Shown here in pieces: positions 1 through 10,215 of a DNA stretch of 64,000 nucleotides; the stretch's first letter is position 1, and every line of letters starts with the position of its first letter. Source of the stretch: an uncultured Chloroflexia bacterium. GTDB lineage: Bacteria > Chloroflexota > Anaerolineae > B4-G1 > SLSP01. The stretch spans positions 76,354 to 140,353 of the forward strand of contig CAVVUS010000027.1 of NCBI GenBank assembly GCA_963751345.1, written 5' to 3'. The position numbers and the translations under genes are program-made. Below the pieces are notes generated by a model. It was not told the DNA's origin, searched no databases, and saw only the letters and a program-made list of their open reading frames with translations.

Positions 1-912
1 ACAGCGATCGATCTTGAGATGCAGGAGAGCAACCTGGGCCTCGGCCTGAAGCACTTTGGCTTCGGCAACGGCCACCTCCTCGGCGGTCGGCCCGGCCAAC
101 GTGTCCGTTAACTGCGCACTGGCTACCGCAACCTCGGCGGCGGCGGCATGATACTGACCCTCGGCCGCGTCGGCCTGAGCGATGTAGCCCAGGGGCTTGC
201 TGTGAATCCACCACAACTGATCAAGGAGTGCCTGCGCCGTTCCCTGATCGGCCTCCGCGGCGGCCAGGGCGTGCTCGGCGGCGGCGACCTGGTAGTCCGC
301 AGCCTGTCGTTCCGTCGTGCCCTGGGATTTGATGTCCCTCGTCATCTGAACCTGGGCTAACTGCGCTTCAGCCAGCTCAACCTCCTGCACTGCAAGTGCG
401 ACCTGGGAGCGAGCGTCAACGATTCGCGCCTCCAGATCCAGGGGGTTATCGACCACATCCAGCGCGTTCTGCCATGCCGTGAATAGACCGTCACGCTTTG
501 CCTCGGCGGCGACCACCTTTGCACGCGCAGCCGCGGTCTCCTCGGCCCGCGGCCCTGCGCGCAGCACCTCGAGATCACTACGCGCGACACCGACGGCCGC
601 CTCTGCCTGCAGAAGCTGCAGATCCCACGGGGTCGTATCCAGGGCCACGAGAGCCTCGCCGGCCCGAACTGTCTCACCCTCCCGGACGTTGACGCTCGTG
701 ACCCGGCCGCCGAGTTCGCTGGCCAGGCGGATCTCCGTAGCTCGAATCGTTCCCGACGCCGTCAACGGAGAAAGAGCCGCAGACGGCGCCTGCGGCGCGG
801 ACGTCGTCTGCGGCGTGCCTGCACAACCGGCAGCCAAAAGTGCCACCACTACGCTGATCGCCGACACCACCCTGTGCCGCGTCGACCTCCGACTCACTGC
901 TCCCTCAGTCAT
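1..912 (-). CDS. HlyD-family periplasmic adaptor, probable lipoprotein (3' end runs off the window)
   Basis: Translated by hand from the ATG at 912, which overlaps the upstream stop (ATGA): MTEGAVSRR...LLAAGC (lipobox) ...LTASGTIRATEIRLASELGGRVTSVNVREGE, followed by Ala/Gln-rich coiled coil. Confidence 0.8.
   Translation of the reverse strand, partial: MTEGAVSRRSTRHRVVSAISVVVALLAAGCAGTPQTTSAPQAPSAALSPLTASGTIRATEIRLASELGGRVTSVNVREGETVRAGEALVALDTTPWDLQLLQAEAAVGVARSDLEVLRAGPRAEETAAARAKVVAAEAKRDGLFTAWQNALDVVDNPLDLEARIVDARSQVALAVQEVELAEAQLAQVQMTRDIKSQGTTERQAADYQVAAAEHALAAAEADQGTAQALLDQLWWIHSKPLGYIAQADAAEGQYHAAAAEVAVASAQLTDTLAGPTAEEVAVAEAKVLQAEAQVALLHLKIDRC
781..816 (+). repeat. Family A in-frame micro-repeat, 2 degenerate 18-nt units
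   Basis: agacggcgcctgcggcgc / ggacgtcgtctgcggcgt; encodes TPQTTSAPQAPS just after the lipobox. Confidence 0.5.
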
Positions 913-2536
913 GGCTGGGCGTCCCCTTGGATAAAGCGCACGTCGGCGGGCATACCCGGCTTCAGGAGGCCCTCTGGGTTGTCCAAGTGAAGATCGACGG
1001 CAAATACAAGATTCTCACGCTCCTCGACCGTCGCCACATTTCGCGGCGTGAACTCTGCTTGGTCCGAGATGTACTTCACGTGACCCGTGAAAGTACGGCC
1101 CGGAACGCCATCTGAGGCGCGAACGCCGTCTGAGGCGCGAACGCCATCTACAGTCACCTCAACCGCTTGGCCCAACTGGATCTCGCCCACGCGTGTCTCA
1201 GGGATGTAGACCGTCAGTGTCATATCCGTCAGATCGGCTATGGAGATCAACGGGGCACCCTTCGCAGCGATCTCGCCTGGGTGTGCCAGGATCTCAACGA
1301 CGGTCCCTGAGATCGGGGCTGTGAGCGACAGCATCTCCCGCTCTCTCTGCAGCGCCTCAACACCGGCGTAGACTTGGTCCACCCGCGCTTTGACTGCCGC
1401 TATTTCCTCCACGCTCATACCCGCACGCAACGCGTCGACCCGGGTCTGGGCAAGCACCGCCTGCGCTGCCAGCTGCGCTTGCGCAGACAGCGCCTCATCG
1501 AGCTGTGCCTGAGTGGCCTGGGGGTTGGCCCTCTGGATATAGAGCTGGTTGAGTTTGGCCTCCAACCCATCTACTTTCGCTGCAGCAGCGTTCACCCCGA
1601 CCCACGACTGCCACCATAGGTTCGGAAGTGACTGCGCATCTAGGGGAAAGACAATGTTCTTGTACACATACAGCTCGTAGTTGCCTTGATCCAAGTGGAG
1701 TTCGTAGTCATTGTATGTAAACGTGCGGTCCACAACCCCCGGCAGCACGTCCCCCCAATCGGCCGGCAGCTGGTCGACCAGCTCATCAGGCAGGGCGTCG
1801 GTGATGAGGTCCTGCCACCGTGCCGTTGGCCACCTCGAATTTGTGCCGTCCTCCACCATCAAAACGGATATACGCCTCATCGAACGCAGCTTTCGCCACC
1901 TCCACAGCGTCTTTCTGAGCCACGGCCTCCGCGGCTCGCTCCTGGGCTGCCGCCAGTTGGCCGCGGGTCACCGCAATCTGCAGATCGATATCCTGAGGCG
2001 ACGCAAGCAACGCCTGCGTATCGCTCACGGCACGTTGCGCGGCCACTTGCGCCACCTCAACCTGCGCCAATTGGGCCTCAGCCACCGCAATCTGCCCTGG
2101 CCTGGCGCCCGCTTGGGCCTGTGCGAGTCCAGCCTGCGGCAGCAGCGACCCCCGCTTCGGCGACCGCGATCTGCGCATCGAGCATCGCCGTGTCGAGCTG
2201 GACGACGAGCTGGCCAAGCGCCACCGAATCCCCCTGCCGCGCAGCCACATCAGCCACGAGACCCCCAAACTCACTGGCCACCGAGACCTGCCTGGCCTGC
2301 ATCACGCCCGATGCGGTGAGCGGCGACAGATCCTGCGATACTCCCAGGTCATGTCGCAGTAGTTTGCCGAGCAGAGGCAGGTTGCTCCAAGACACCCCCG
2401 GTATGATGCCGCTCAGATACAATGCAACGGCCCCCATGGCCAGCACGGCCACGACGATCAGCAATCGAACGCCGTCTGAGGCGCGAACGCCGTCTGAGGC
2501 GCGAACGCCATTCGAGGCGTGCCCTCTCCTCTTCAT
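909..2536 (-). CDS. HlyD-family efflux adaptor, split by two frameshifts
   Basis: ORFs 2078-2536 (TM, LTASGVMQARQVSVASEFGG), 1786-2274 (coiled coil) and 909-1880 (LTAPISGTV...AEFTPRNVAT...LKPGMPADV) are consecutive parts of one HlyD protein. Confidence 0.8.
1103..1149 (+). repeat. Family A, 2 units plus partial, in HlyD
   Basis: gaacgccatctgaggcgc gaacgccgtctgaggcgc gaacgccatct; encodes DGVRASDGVRASDGV. Confidence 0.95.
2467..2520 (+). repeat. Family A, 3 x 18 nt, HlyD N-terminus
   Basis: gaacgccgtctgaggcgc x2 + gaacgccattcgaggcgt. Confidence 0.95.
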
Positions 2537-2549
2537 CTCACACTCTCAC

Positions 2550-3560
2550 TCATTCGCGATTTCGCCCACTCGTCGATTCCCGCTTCACCGCCGAGATAAA
2601 GACATCCTCCAGCGTCGGAGCGATCCAGGCAATACCATTCACCGTAACGCCACCCTCTGACAACACCGCCGCTACCTCGGCCTCCGAAGTCCCCGCCGTC
2701 CCGGGCGCCTCAGGCACAACCACGTGGATCTGCGCCCCATAGAGCGCAACCTCCTCGAGCGGGAGCTGCCCCGTATCCTGGGCTGCCGTCAAGATCCTCA
2801 TCGCACCATCGGCATCATCGGTGTCGATCTCAAGTACCCGGCCACGCATGCGGGTCGCCTTTAGTGCATCCGGCGTATCGAGCGCAATCAGCCTTCCCCG
2901 GCTCAGAAAACCGACCCGCTGGCACAGCTCCGCCTCGTCCATATAGTGTGTCGTCACAAGCACCGTCACGCCGCCCTTGGCCATGCCGTAGATCAGATCC
3001 CAGAACTCCCGGCGACTGATCGGGTCGACGCCCGCCGTGGGCTCGTCGAGAAAGACAACTTCCGGCTCGTGCACGATTGCGCACCCAAGCGCCAGCCGCT
3101 GCTTCCACCCTCCCGAGAGATTTGCGGTCAGGGAATGCGCACGCCCCTCAAGCCCGGCCATCTCCAGGATCTGGGTCTCGCGCTGACGTAAGAATGCTCC
3201 TGAAAGCCCATACGCTTGGCCGTAGAAGCGGATATTCTCCATGGCGGTGAGGTCTTTGTAGAGCGTGAAGAGCTGGGACATATAGCCCACGTGAGCCTGC
3301 ATCGCCTTGGCCTGCTTTGAGGGATCATACCCCAAGACGCGCATCTCGCCGGATGTCGGTCGCATGAGCCCGAGTAACATCCGAATCGTCGTCGTCTTTC
3401 CCGCGCCATTGGGTCCCAACCACCCGTAGACCTCGCCACGGTTGACGTGAAAGCTCACATCCTCGACGGCTGTGAAATCGCCAAAGGTCTTGGTGAGATT
3501 GCGGACGATGATCGGGTGCTCCGCATCCGCGCCGTCACGACCCTCGATCCGCGCTCGCCC
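2550..3560 (-). CDS. ABC transporter ATP-binding protein (start uncertain, probably frameshifted)
   Basis: GPNGAGKTT Walker A, LSGGWKQR signature, VFLDEPTAGVD; the frame extends upstream of 3458 as IIVRNLTKTFGDFTAVEDVSF. Confidence 0.85.
   Translation of the reverse strand, partial: GRARIEGRDGADAEHPIIVRNLTKTFGDFTAVEDVSFHVNRGEVYGWLGPNGAGKTTTIRMLLGLMRPTSGEMRVLGYDPSKQAKAMQAHVGYMSQLFTLYKDLTAMENIRFYGQAYGLSGAFLRQRETQILEMAGLEGRAHSLTANLSGGWKQRLALGCAIVHEPEVVFLDEPTAGVDPISRREFWDLIYGMAKGGVTVLVTTHYMDEAELCQRVGFLSRGRLIALDTPDALKATRMRGRVLEIDTDDADGAMRILTAAQDTGQLPLEEVALYGAQIHVVVPEAPGTAGTSEAEVAAVLSEGGVTVNGIAWIAPTLEDVFISAVKRESTSGRNRE
2691..2708 (+). repeat. Family A, single unit
   Basis: ccccgccgtcccgggcgc; encodes APGTAG. 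Confidence 0.65.
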
Positions 3561-3575
3561 CTCATCGCCTCCGCC

Positions 3576-4616
3576 CTACTCGTGGGAGGGCGATCGTCTG
3601 CTTCGTGGAGGCGCTTGCGCCGTCTGAGTCGCTCCGCCGTCTGAGGCGCCTCCGCCGTCCGCGGCGCGTGCCCTGATCAGCGAAATAAAGGCCTCCTCCA
3701 TCCGCGGCGCGATCTCCCGCATCCCCTGGTAGGAGATCCCCTCGGCCGTGAGCGCCGCCTCGATCTCCGGGCGGCGTTGCGCTGGGTCATCCACGAAGAC
3801 GTGAAGCATCACACCATACGTCTGCACCTCCTTCACGCCCGCCAGCCCGGCGACCAGGCGCTTGGCGGGCACAAACGGAGAGGGCACAAACTCCAGGAGA
3901 TGACCGGGCACCATCGTTTTGATGACATCCGGCGAGTCGTGAGCAATCAGCCGGCCCCGATACATCAGGCCGACCCAGTTGCATCGCTCGGCTTCATCCA
4001 TATACGGCGTGCAGACAAAGATCGTGACCCCTTTTTCAGCGCGCAGGCTCCCCAGGAGATTCCAGAACTCGCGGCGACTCACAGGGTCAACACCCAGCGT
4101 AGGCTCGTCCAACATCACGACCTGTGGCTCGTGGATCAGACTGCAGGCCAGCGCCAGCTTCTTCTTCATCCCGCCTGACAGCTGCTTCGCCGGTCGGTCT
4201 GTGAAATCGGAGAGACCTGCGAACCCCAGAAGCTCGGGGACGCGCCGCCGTTGGGCCTCGCGGCTCACGCCCTGGACGTTCGCGAAGAAGCGCATGTTCT
4301 CCATGACCGTCAGATCTCCGGGCAGCGCAAACTGCTGGGCGATGTAGCCCACGCGTTCGCGGATCGCGTAGATATCGCGCATCGAATCATAGCCCAGGAT
4401 CTCGCTCTCGCCGGAGGTCCTGGAGAGCAATCCCAGGATAACCCGCACCGTCGTCGTCTTTCCGGCACCGTCGGGGCCAATCAGTCCATACGTCTCACCG
4501 CGCCGGACCTGGAGCGTGACACCATCAATTGCCAGAACCGGGCCCTGCCGCGTTCGGTATCGCTTCGTCAGATCATGCGTTCGGATGGTTATTGTCCGGT
4601 CCACGAGCCCAGACAC
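3576..4616 (-). CDS. ABC transporter ATP-binding protein
   Basis: GPDGAGKTT, LSGGMKKK, MLDEPTLGVD. Confidence 0.9.
   Translation of the reverse strand: MSGLVDRTITIRTHDLTKRYRTRQGPVLAIDGVTLQVRRGETYGLIGPDGAGKTTTVRVILGLLSRTSGESEILGYDSMRDIYAIRERVGYIAQQFALPGDLTVMENMRFFANVQGVSREAQRRRVPELLGFAGLSDFTDRPAKQLSGGMKKKLALACSLIHEPQVVMLDEPTLGVDPVSRREFWNLLGSLRAEKGVTIFVCTPYMDEAERCNWVGLMYRGRLIAHDSPDVIKTMVPGHLLEFVPSPFVPAKRLVAGLAGVKEVQTYGVMLHVFVDDPAQRRPEIEAALTAEGISYQGMREIAPRMEEAFISLIRARAADGGGASDGGATQTAQAPPRSRRSPSHE
3615..3667 (+). repeat. Family A, 3 units (18, 17, 18 nt)
   Basis: ttgcgccgtctgagtcgc tccgccgtctgaggcgc ctccgccgtccgcggcgc. Confidence 0.85.
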
Positions 4617-4692
4617 TCCTTATCTTGGATACCCGAAACCGGAGAAGGCACTTGACCGTTGGCATATCCACACGTCTAAACGTTCAAACGTC

Positions 4693-5991
4693 TTAACGTT
4701 CAGACGCCGGATAGTGCGTGTAATTACGCAGGTCGACCACACGCCCTGCGTGCGCCCACGGAACGTCAAAATCACGTGGCAGTTCCGACGGCAACACCCC
4801 CTGATCATAGCACGTCTCCAGGGCTTGCTGGAGTCCTTTCACCCAAATCAGGGCGTCGTCCAGTCTGCTGGGCGCGTCATCGTCCAGTCTGCTGGGGGCG
4901 TCATCGCCCCGTGCTTCATGGTTCACCAGGTAATCGGGGAACTCCCCGATCGATGTGACCGACTCCTGTGCTCCATTGACGGCCAGAGTATGCGACATCG
5001 CCGCGCGAATCCCGCATGCCAGCGGCGCGCCGGTGCCATCGCGTGGATCGCCACGCGCCGCGTGGCTGCCACGCGCAGCGTCGATGGCATCCCAGAGTTT
5101 CTGATCCTCGTCGGCGAAGGGATCTCCATAGTCCTTGACGCGCCCGTCCGTGAAGTGCGCGAGAACGGGGTTGCCGTATGCGGCATAATCGACCACGGCA
5201 TCCTCGAACTCGTAGCTCAGCACGGGACCGATGTTCTCGTGTACCGAATGAGATGTATAGAAGAGAATCTCTACGCCTTCCTCGGTATGACACCGCAACG
5301 CGGCCGTATCGTAGTTCTCGATCTCGTTCGCGCGGTAAAGCTCGGCTTGCACGTCGACCGGGCGCGCACTGGTCTCGCGCGTTGGCCCCAGGACGTAGAA
5401 GCAGTTGTGCAGATAGTGGGCCGTCGCGTTGTTGACCGGGCTATCCAGGATCCAATCCCCGTTCGACGCTCGTAACTTGGCAGCCCAGTTGTTGCGACGG
5501 TAGTAGGAGAGGGGCCGAGGCCAGAGCACCTTGGTCCGGAAACGCAGCGGCTTGCCCAGCACCCCGGCCATAATATCGGCCTTCAGCGCCTGCATCGTGC
5601 GCGAAAAGGACCATTGGTAGCCAATCCCGACAAAGCCCTCTGCAGCGTCGTCCGCCTCCGCCATCCGCAAAGCGTCCTGGATCGTCGCGGTCACGGGCTT
5701 TTCACACAAGACGTTCGACCCGTGCGCCAACGCAGTCTCCGTGAAGGGGCGGTGGAGATGGATGGGTGCGGCAATGACCACTAACTCGGCCGAGGATGCC
5801 GCGTAGAAGTGATCCAGATCAGGATAGATCGGAATCTGACGCTCCTGGAATGCGTCCAGGAAGCGACACCCACGCGGATCCGGATCGATCCCGGCGACGA
5901 GCCGGAATCCCTCACGGTCGGAGAACAGGCGTGCGAGATAGGTGTTCCCGTAGCCCCCTAAAGCCACCATCGCGACAGTCACGTCTCTCAT
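4693..5991 (-). CDS. Gfo/Idh/MocA family oxidoreductase
   Basis: MRDVTVAMVALGGYG, VLCEKP motif, GGAGG RBS before the ATG at 5991. Confidence 0.9.
   Translation of the reverse strand: MRDVTVAMVALGGYGNTYLARLFSDREGFRLVAGIDPDPRGCRFLDAFQERQIPIYPDLDHFYAASSAELVVIAAPIHLHRPFTETALAHGSNVLCEKPVTATIQDALRMAEADDAAEGFVGIGYQWSFSRTMQALKADIMAGVLGKPLRFRTKVLWPRPLSYYRRNNWAAKLRASNGDWILDSPVNNATAHYLHNCFYVLGPTRETSARPVDVQAELYRANEIENYDTAALRCHTEEGVEILFYTSHSVHENIGPVLSYEFEDAVVDYAAYGNPVLAHFTDGRVKDYGDPFADEDQKLWDAIDAARGSHAARGDPRDGTGAPLACGIRAAMSHTLAVNGAQESVTSIGEFPDYLVNHEARGDDAPSRLDDDAPSRLDDALIWVKGLQQALETCYDQGVLPSELPRDFDVPWAHAGRVVDLRNYTHYPASER
4857..4904 (+). repeat. Family B in-frame repeat, 2 x 24 nt
   Basis: cgtccagtctgctgggcgcgtcat / cgtccagtctgctgggggcgtcat; encodes DDAPSRLD x2. 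Confidence 0.9.
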
Positions 5992-6064
5992 GCATCCTCC
6001 CCTAAGGGGACTCGGGGCGTAAGCCCACCCAGCCCGGTCATCAAAGGAACGCCCACGGCTGAAC

Positions 6065-6493
6065 CTATGCCGGTACGAAGCCGACACTAACCGCAGTGCG
6101 GATCATAGCCACATTGTCGGATGCGGTATGACACGTTGCCACTCGTCCGGACGCCAGGATGTGGGACGTAACAAACGCAACTACCCGTTTCCCGTAGCCC
6201 TGCCGGCGGAAACCCTCCGGCGTCCTGACCGCCGCCGTCTCCCAGGCTTCATCCGAATACCGCCACTCGGCTGCGATCGCAACCACCTGCCCACCGGCGA
6301 CAAAGCCACAGTACCGATAGCCATCCTGATGGGCATCCTCCCAGATTCGCCTGGATAATGGAGCTTCAGGCGACCAGAGAGCCTCAGCAAGGTGATAGTC
6401 AGCGTCCCGGTCGAGCCACCGAACTCCTGAGAACTCAACATTCCTGTAGCTCTCCGGTGTACAGACCAGGCTAACGAAGGTGGGTGTGGGCAT
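6065..6493 (-). CDS. GNAT family N-acetyltransferase
   Basis: FRRQGYGK acetyl-CoA motif A, DNVAMIRTAVSVGF. Confidence 0.85.
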   Translation of the reverse strand: MPTPTFVSLVCTPESYRNVEFSGVRWLDRDADYHLAEALWSPEAPLSRRIWEDAHQDGYRYCGFVAGGQVVAIAAEWRYSDEAWETAAVRTPEGFRRQGYGKRVVAFVTSHILASGRVATCHTASDNVAMIRTAVSVGFVPA

Positions 6494-6505
6494 CGAAGGG
6501 ACAGC

Positions 6506-7820
6506 TCATCTGTGGGCCAGGATCATATCGATCCGCAAGATGGCCTCGTGGGTCGCACGCCCCGAATGGTAACACGCCTTCCATGGGTTGCCGATTGCCG
6601 CAACCAGCGGGTCACCGGTCTCGCTCAGCAGCGTCATCCATTCACCCAGTCTATGGTTGATCATATGCTCCCATACGAACGACCAGACAAGGTCGAACGC
6701 CTCGAAGTACTTCGCATCGCCCGTGATCTCATAGGCGTCAAGGTAGCCCACGAGCGCCTCTGCATTCTGCCAGAACTCCTTGTCGCGCACCAGAGCAGGC
6801 CCTGCGTGCGGTCCGTCGCGGTAGACGCCCCCATGCTCGCGGTCGAGGCCATAGGCTAGCGAGTGATCCACCAGATGGCGAACCACGCCTTCATAGGCGT
6901 CCCGTGGCTTGCCCAGCACCTCGCCGGCCCGAACCAGGAGCCAGGCCAACTCCACGTTGTGCCCGTAGGAGGTTGTATCAGTCGGTGCTTCGACCGACTC
7001 GCCCTCGCGGTCGGCGTTCCACGTCCGCCGGATCGCGATTGCCGGGATGGGGCGGAAGTTCAGATCGTACTGGTTACCACCGCAGCCGTTCTCCATATCG
7101 ACCATGTGCGTGAGGATCACGTCGATGACTTCCTGGAGCCGGCGGCGGTGGACCTCTTTGCCGGATGCTTGCGCCAGGACCGTGAAGCATTCCAACAGGT
7201 GCATGTGGATATCCAGCGACTTCCGATCCCCCGCGCAGAAGCCCCCCGGCGAGAGCTGCCAATCGGGCTCCAGGTTCTCGTAGTAGCCGCCGCGAGCGGT
7301 GTCGACACAGTATCGCTGCAGCAGATCGAACGTGCGCTCCGCATAGTCCAAGCCCACGCTCGTCGCCCGTGGCGAGATAATACGTGGCGAGAGCGTAGAT
7401 GGCGAAACTCTGACCATAGACCAGCTTGCCATTGTCGATCATCGTGCCGTCGCGCGCCACTTTCCACGCCCAGCCGCCGTGATCCACATCCCAGAAATGA
7501 TCGATGAAGAAGTCGACGCCCTGGCGTGCGTAGGGGACATAACGATCGTCGTCGGGATCGATCATATGGAAGGTGGAGAATCCCCAGATCAGGCGGGTCT
7601 GCGTGACGATATGCTTATCGAACACCGTCTGAGGCGCGGACGCCGTCCGAGGCGCGGTGTCATCCTCGATGAGTTCGCCGTTGGCATCGAAACAGGTCAG
7701 ATAGCCGCCGTAGTCCTGATCGACACCGCGCAGCGTCCAGAAGGGCATGATCCCCCGGGTCAGGTGCTCCTGTAGCTGTGCACGCGCCGTACGCAGTCGC
7801 TCCTCAATAAGTGTGTCCAC
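6506..7820 (-). CDS. AGE-family epimerase (N-acylglucosamine/cellobiose 2-epimerase-like), one frameshift near 7350
   Basis: YGQSFAIYA, HMHLLE, SYGHNVE, EFWQNAE and WKACYHSGRA motifs across ORFs 7074-7820 and 6506-7432. Confidence 0.85.
7620..7655 (+). repeat. Family A, 2 x 18 nt
   Basis: gaacaccgtctgaggcgc ggacgccgtccgaggcgc; encodes APRTASAPQTVF. Confidence 0.95.
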
Positions 7821-7835
7821 GCTTGCCCCCGATTT

Positions 7836-9225
7836 CTATGGAAAGAAGTTCGGTAGATTCGCTCGGTGCGCCGCCAGCAGGTCCTCCATCATCGACGCTG
7901 CCACGCCGCGGTCCGTGATCGCGCCATCCAGAAGCAAAGCCTCCACGAAAAGCCTCCGGTCTCCGGTTAGCGCTGCTTCGACCGTGAGACGCGTCGATGC
8001 CAGTCTTCGCGAGATAACGCCTGCCAGCTCATCGGAGAAATCCGGCGTCTGGATCGGCAAGAGGCCAACCGCGCGTCGCGACGGCGGGGATCTCCAGGAT
8101 GGCATCGTCGGGCAGGCTGGGCACAGTCCCCTGGTTGGGCAAGTTGGCCGCGAAAACCTCACGGGTATCGTAGCGAATCGCACGAATGATGTTCAGCAAC
8201 TGCTCATGCTCGCCCACCGTGTGCGTGAAGATCCACGCATCCAGCGGCTCCTCCCCCAATGCCTGGGCTCGCATCCGGGCGTAGTCTCGGTCCCCCGCGG
8301 CGATCGTGCCCTCGAACGAATAGGCATCAACCCCCAGCGTCTTGCCGTAGTAACGTCCACCGGGGAATCGCTCGGGAAAGAACTCCGTGACGTGCCGATC
8401 GTTTGCGGAGGGATACGCTCCATAGGCCTCGAAGAGCGACCAGGAGAACGGATTGTCGATGCCGAAGGTGGAAGGCGAAGCCGAGCCATCGCCCAGTCGT
8501 TCGCGAGCCACAGGCCACATATCGCGCCCGCGCCACCGAAGGTCGTGGATGAAGGTCAGGTGGTTCAGGCCCGCAAAGCGCACCGTCCAGTCTGCTGGAC
8601 GCACCGTCCACGCCGTCTGAGGCGCGTCCGCTGGACGCATCGTCTCCTCCGGGGGTGCCCCCACAAACTGGGCTAGCTGCCGGCTGACGTCGAAAGTGCC
8701 ATGACACAGCCCAATAACGGGCACGCCCGTGGCCTTGCGCACCGCCCAGCAGTTAGCCGTCATCGGGTTGCTGTAGTTGAAAAACCAGGCACGGGGACAC
8801 TGTTCGGCCACGTCGCGGGCGATCCCGACCAGCGCCGGAATCATCCGCATGGCGCGCGAAATACCTCCCGGCATCACGGTGTCGCCTACCGGCTGGTAGA
8901 TCCCGTAGGTCCGCGGGATGAAGACATCGGCTTCCCAGGCGCGACGACCGCCGACGCCGATCGTCGAAACAACGATGTCCGCACCGGGCAGGAGATCGCG
9001 GCGATCTTCGGAGGCCTGGACGTCGATATCGGCGCCCGTCGCCTCCACCATGCGCCGGCTCAGCCCCTCTGCCGTCTCCAGCGCCTCAGGATCGATGTCG
9101 ACAAGGCCCAGCACCCACGGCCCCAGTGCCGGTGACTGGATCAAGTCGGCCACGAGCCCTTTGGTGAAGACCGCGCTCCCGGCACCGATCAGCACGATTT
9201 TCGTGGTACGTTGACGTTCCGTCAT
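7836..9225 (-). CDS. Glycoside hydrolase family 4 (alpha-galactosidase-like), frameshift near 8070
   Basis: KIVLIGAGS, GDTVMPGG, NYSNP, IGLCHG, AGLNH motifs. Confidence 0.9.
8580..8640 (+). repeat. Family B doublet with a nested 15-nt family A core (8611-8625)
   Basis: gcaccgtccagtctgctggac gcaccgtcca[cgccgtctgaggcgc]gtccgctggac; encodes MRPAD-APQTA-WTVRPADWTVR. Confidence 0.9.
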
Positions 9226-10078
9226 TTTGCCTCGACGCACCCGGCCTCGACCATCACCTTGCGCAACGCGGTGACGGCAATCTGCATCCCGTCGGCGCCG
9301 CTGAATCCGGTGCTGTGACCGGCAATCTTCAGGTGGGGCTCCAGTGAAAGGATCCCCTGATATCCGCTCGCCTTCAGGTGAGTCAGCAGAAGCGAAAGCT
9401 GACCATCCCCCTCACCCGCAGGGACAACGTGCCCATCACTCAACACCGCATCCTTGATGTGAACGTAGCCGATAGCATCGCCGAGCATCGGCCATCCGCG
9501 CTCGACGACCTTGGCCTCTCCGACCTGGATGAAGTTCGCCGAATCCCAGAGAAAGCGCAGATTCGGACTGTCGACCGCCTTGACCACCGTCTCGCAACGC
9601 GCAAGCGTGTCGGTGACGATCCCCTTCTCGTTCTCCAGCAGCAGGACAAAGCCCGCTTCCTCGGCCATCCCGGCGAGCTTGCTCAGACGCTCGGTGGAGG
9701 CCTCGACGTACTGGTCATACGCGGCGTTGGTGCTTGTATCAGGAGGGTAGAAAGAGAAGAGCCGCACGTTACGGCAGCCGACGATCTCGCCGACCCTGAA
9801 GATCCTGCGCAGGTTCTCCATCTCAACCTCGATCGGCTGCATGATGGGCGACTTACCGATCGGGCTTCCGAGACAGGCGACGTACAATGCCGTGAGTCCG
9901 CGCAGACCTTCACGACTTGGTCGAGGTCCTCGTCGTCCATATGGAGCACGTTCTTGCCCCACGCGCCGCGCAGGTCGAGGCGCCCCACCCCCAGCTCCCC
10001 CAACGTCGTAAGCTGCTCGTCCAGATCCGGCGCAATTTCATCGCCAAAAGCGCTGATCCGAAATGTCGCTGACGTCAT
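9222..10078 (-). CDS. Sugar phosphate isomerase/epimerase (xylose-isomerase-like TIM barrel), frameshift near 9900
   Basis: ISAFGDEI N-terminus; LLENE, WDSANF, YVHIKDA, SLEPH metal ligands. Confidence 0.85.
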
Positions 10079-10113
10079 CTCTCTTCCCTCCTGATAGTTA
10101 GTCGTGTCAGTCC

Positions 10114-10214
10114 GTTAGCACATTGAACGTTTGCACGTTCGGACTGTTAGTTTCAACGTGCAAACGTTCAAACGTGCTAACAGCTTGCCCTGTGTATGTC
10201 ACGGGGTCCCAACG
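10114..10214. repeat. Intergenic composite hairpin repeat (ACGT-octamer family)
   Basis: Arms ttgaacgtttgcacgtt / aacgtgcaaacgttcaa, then acgtgctaacagcttgccctgtgtatgtcacgggg; related to 21152-21252 and 26525-26682. Confidence 0.85.
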
Positions 10215-10215
10215 C

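Noticed and set aside
1121-1138. Family A contains GCCGTCTGA, 9 of 10 nt of the Neisseria DNA uptake sequence
   Set aside because: The tenth base differs, many copies vary inside the match (GTCCGA, GTCCCA), and copies occur as in-frame tandem inserts rather than inverted terminator pairs; treated as coincidence
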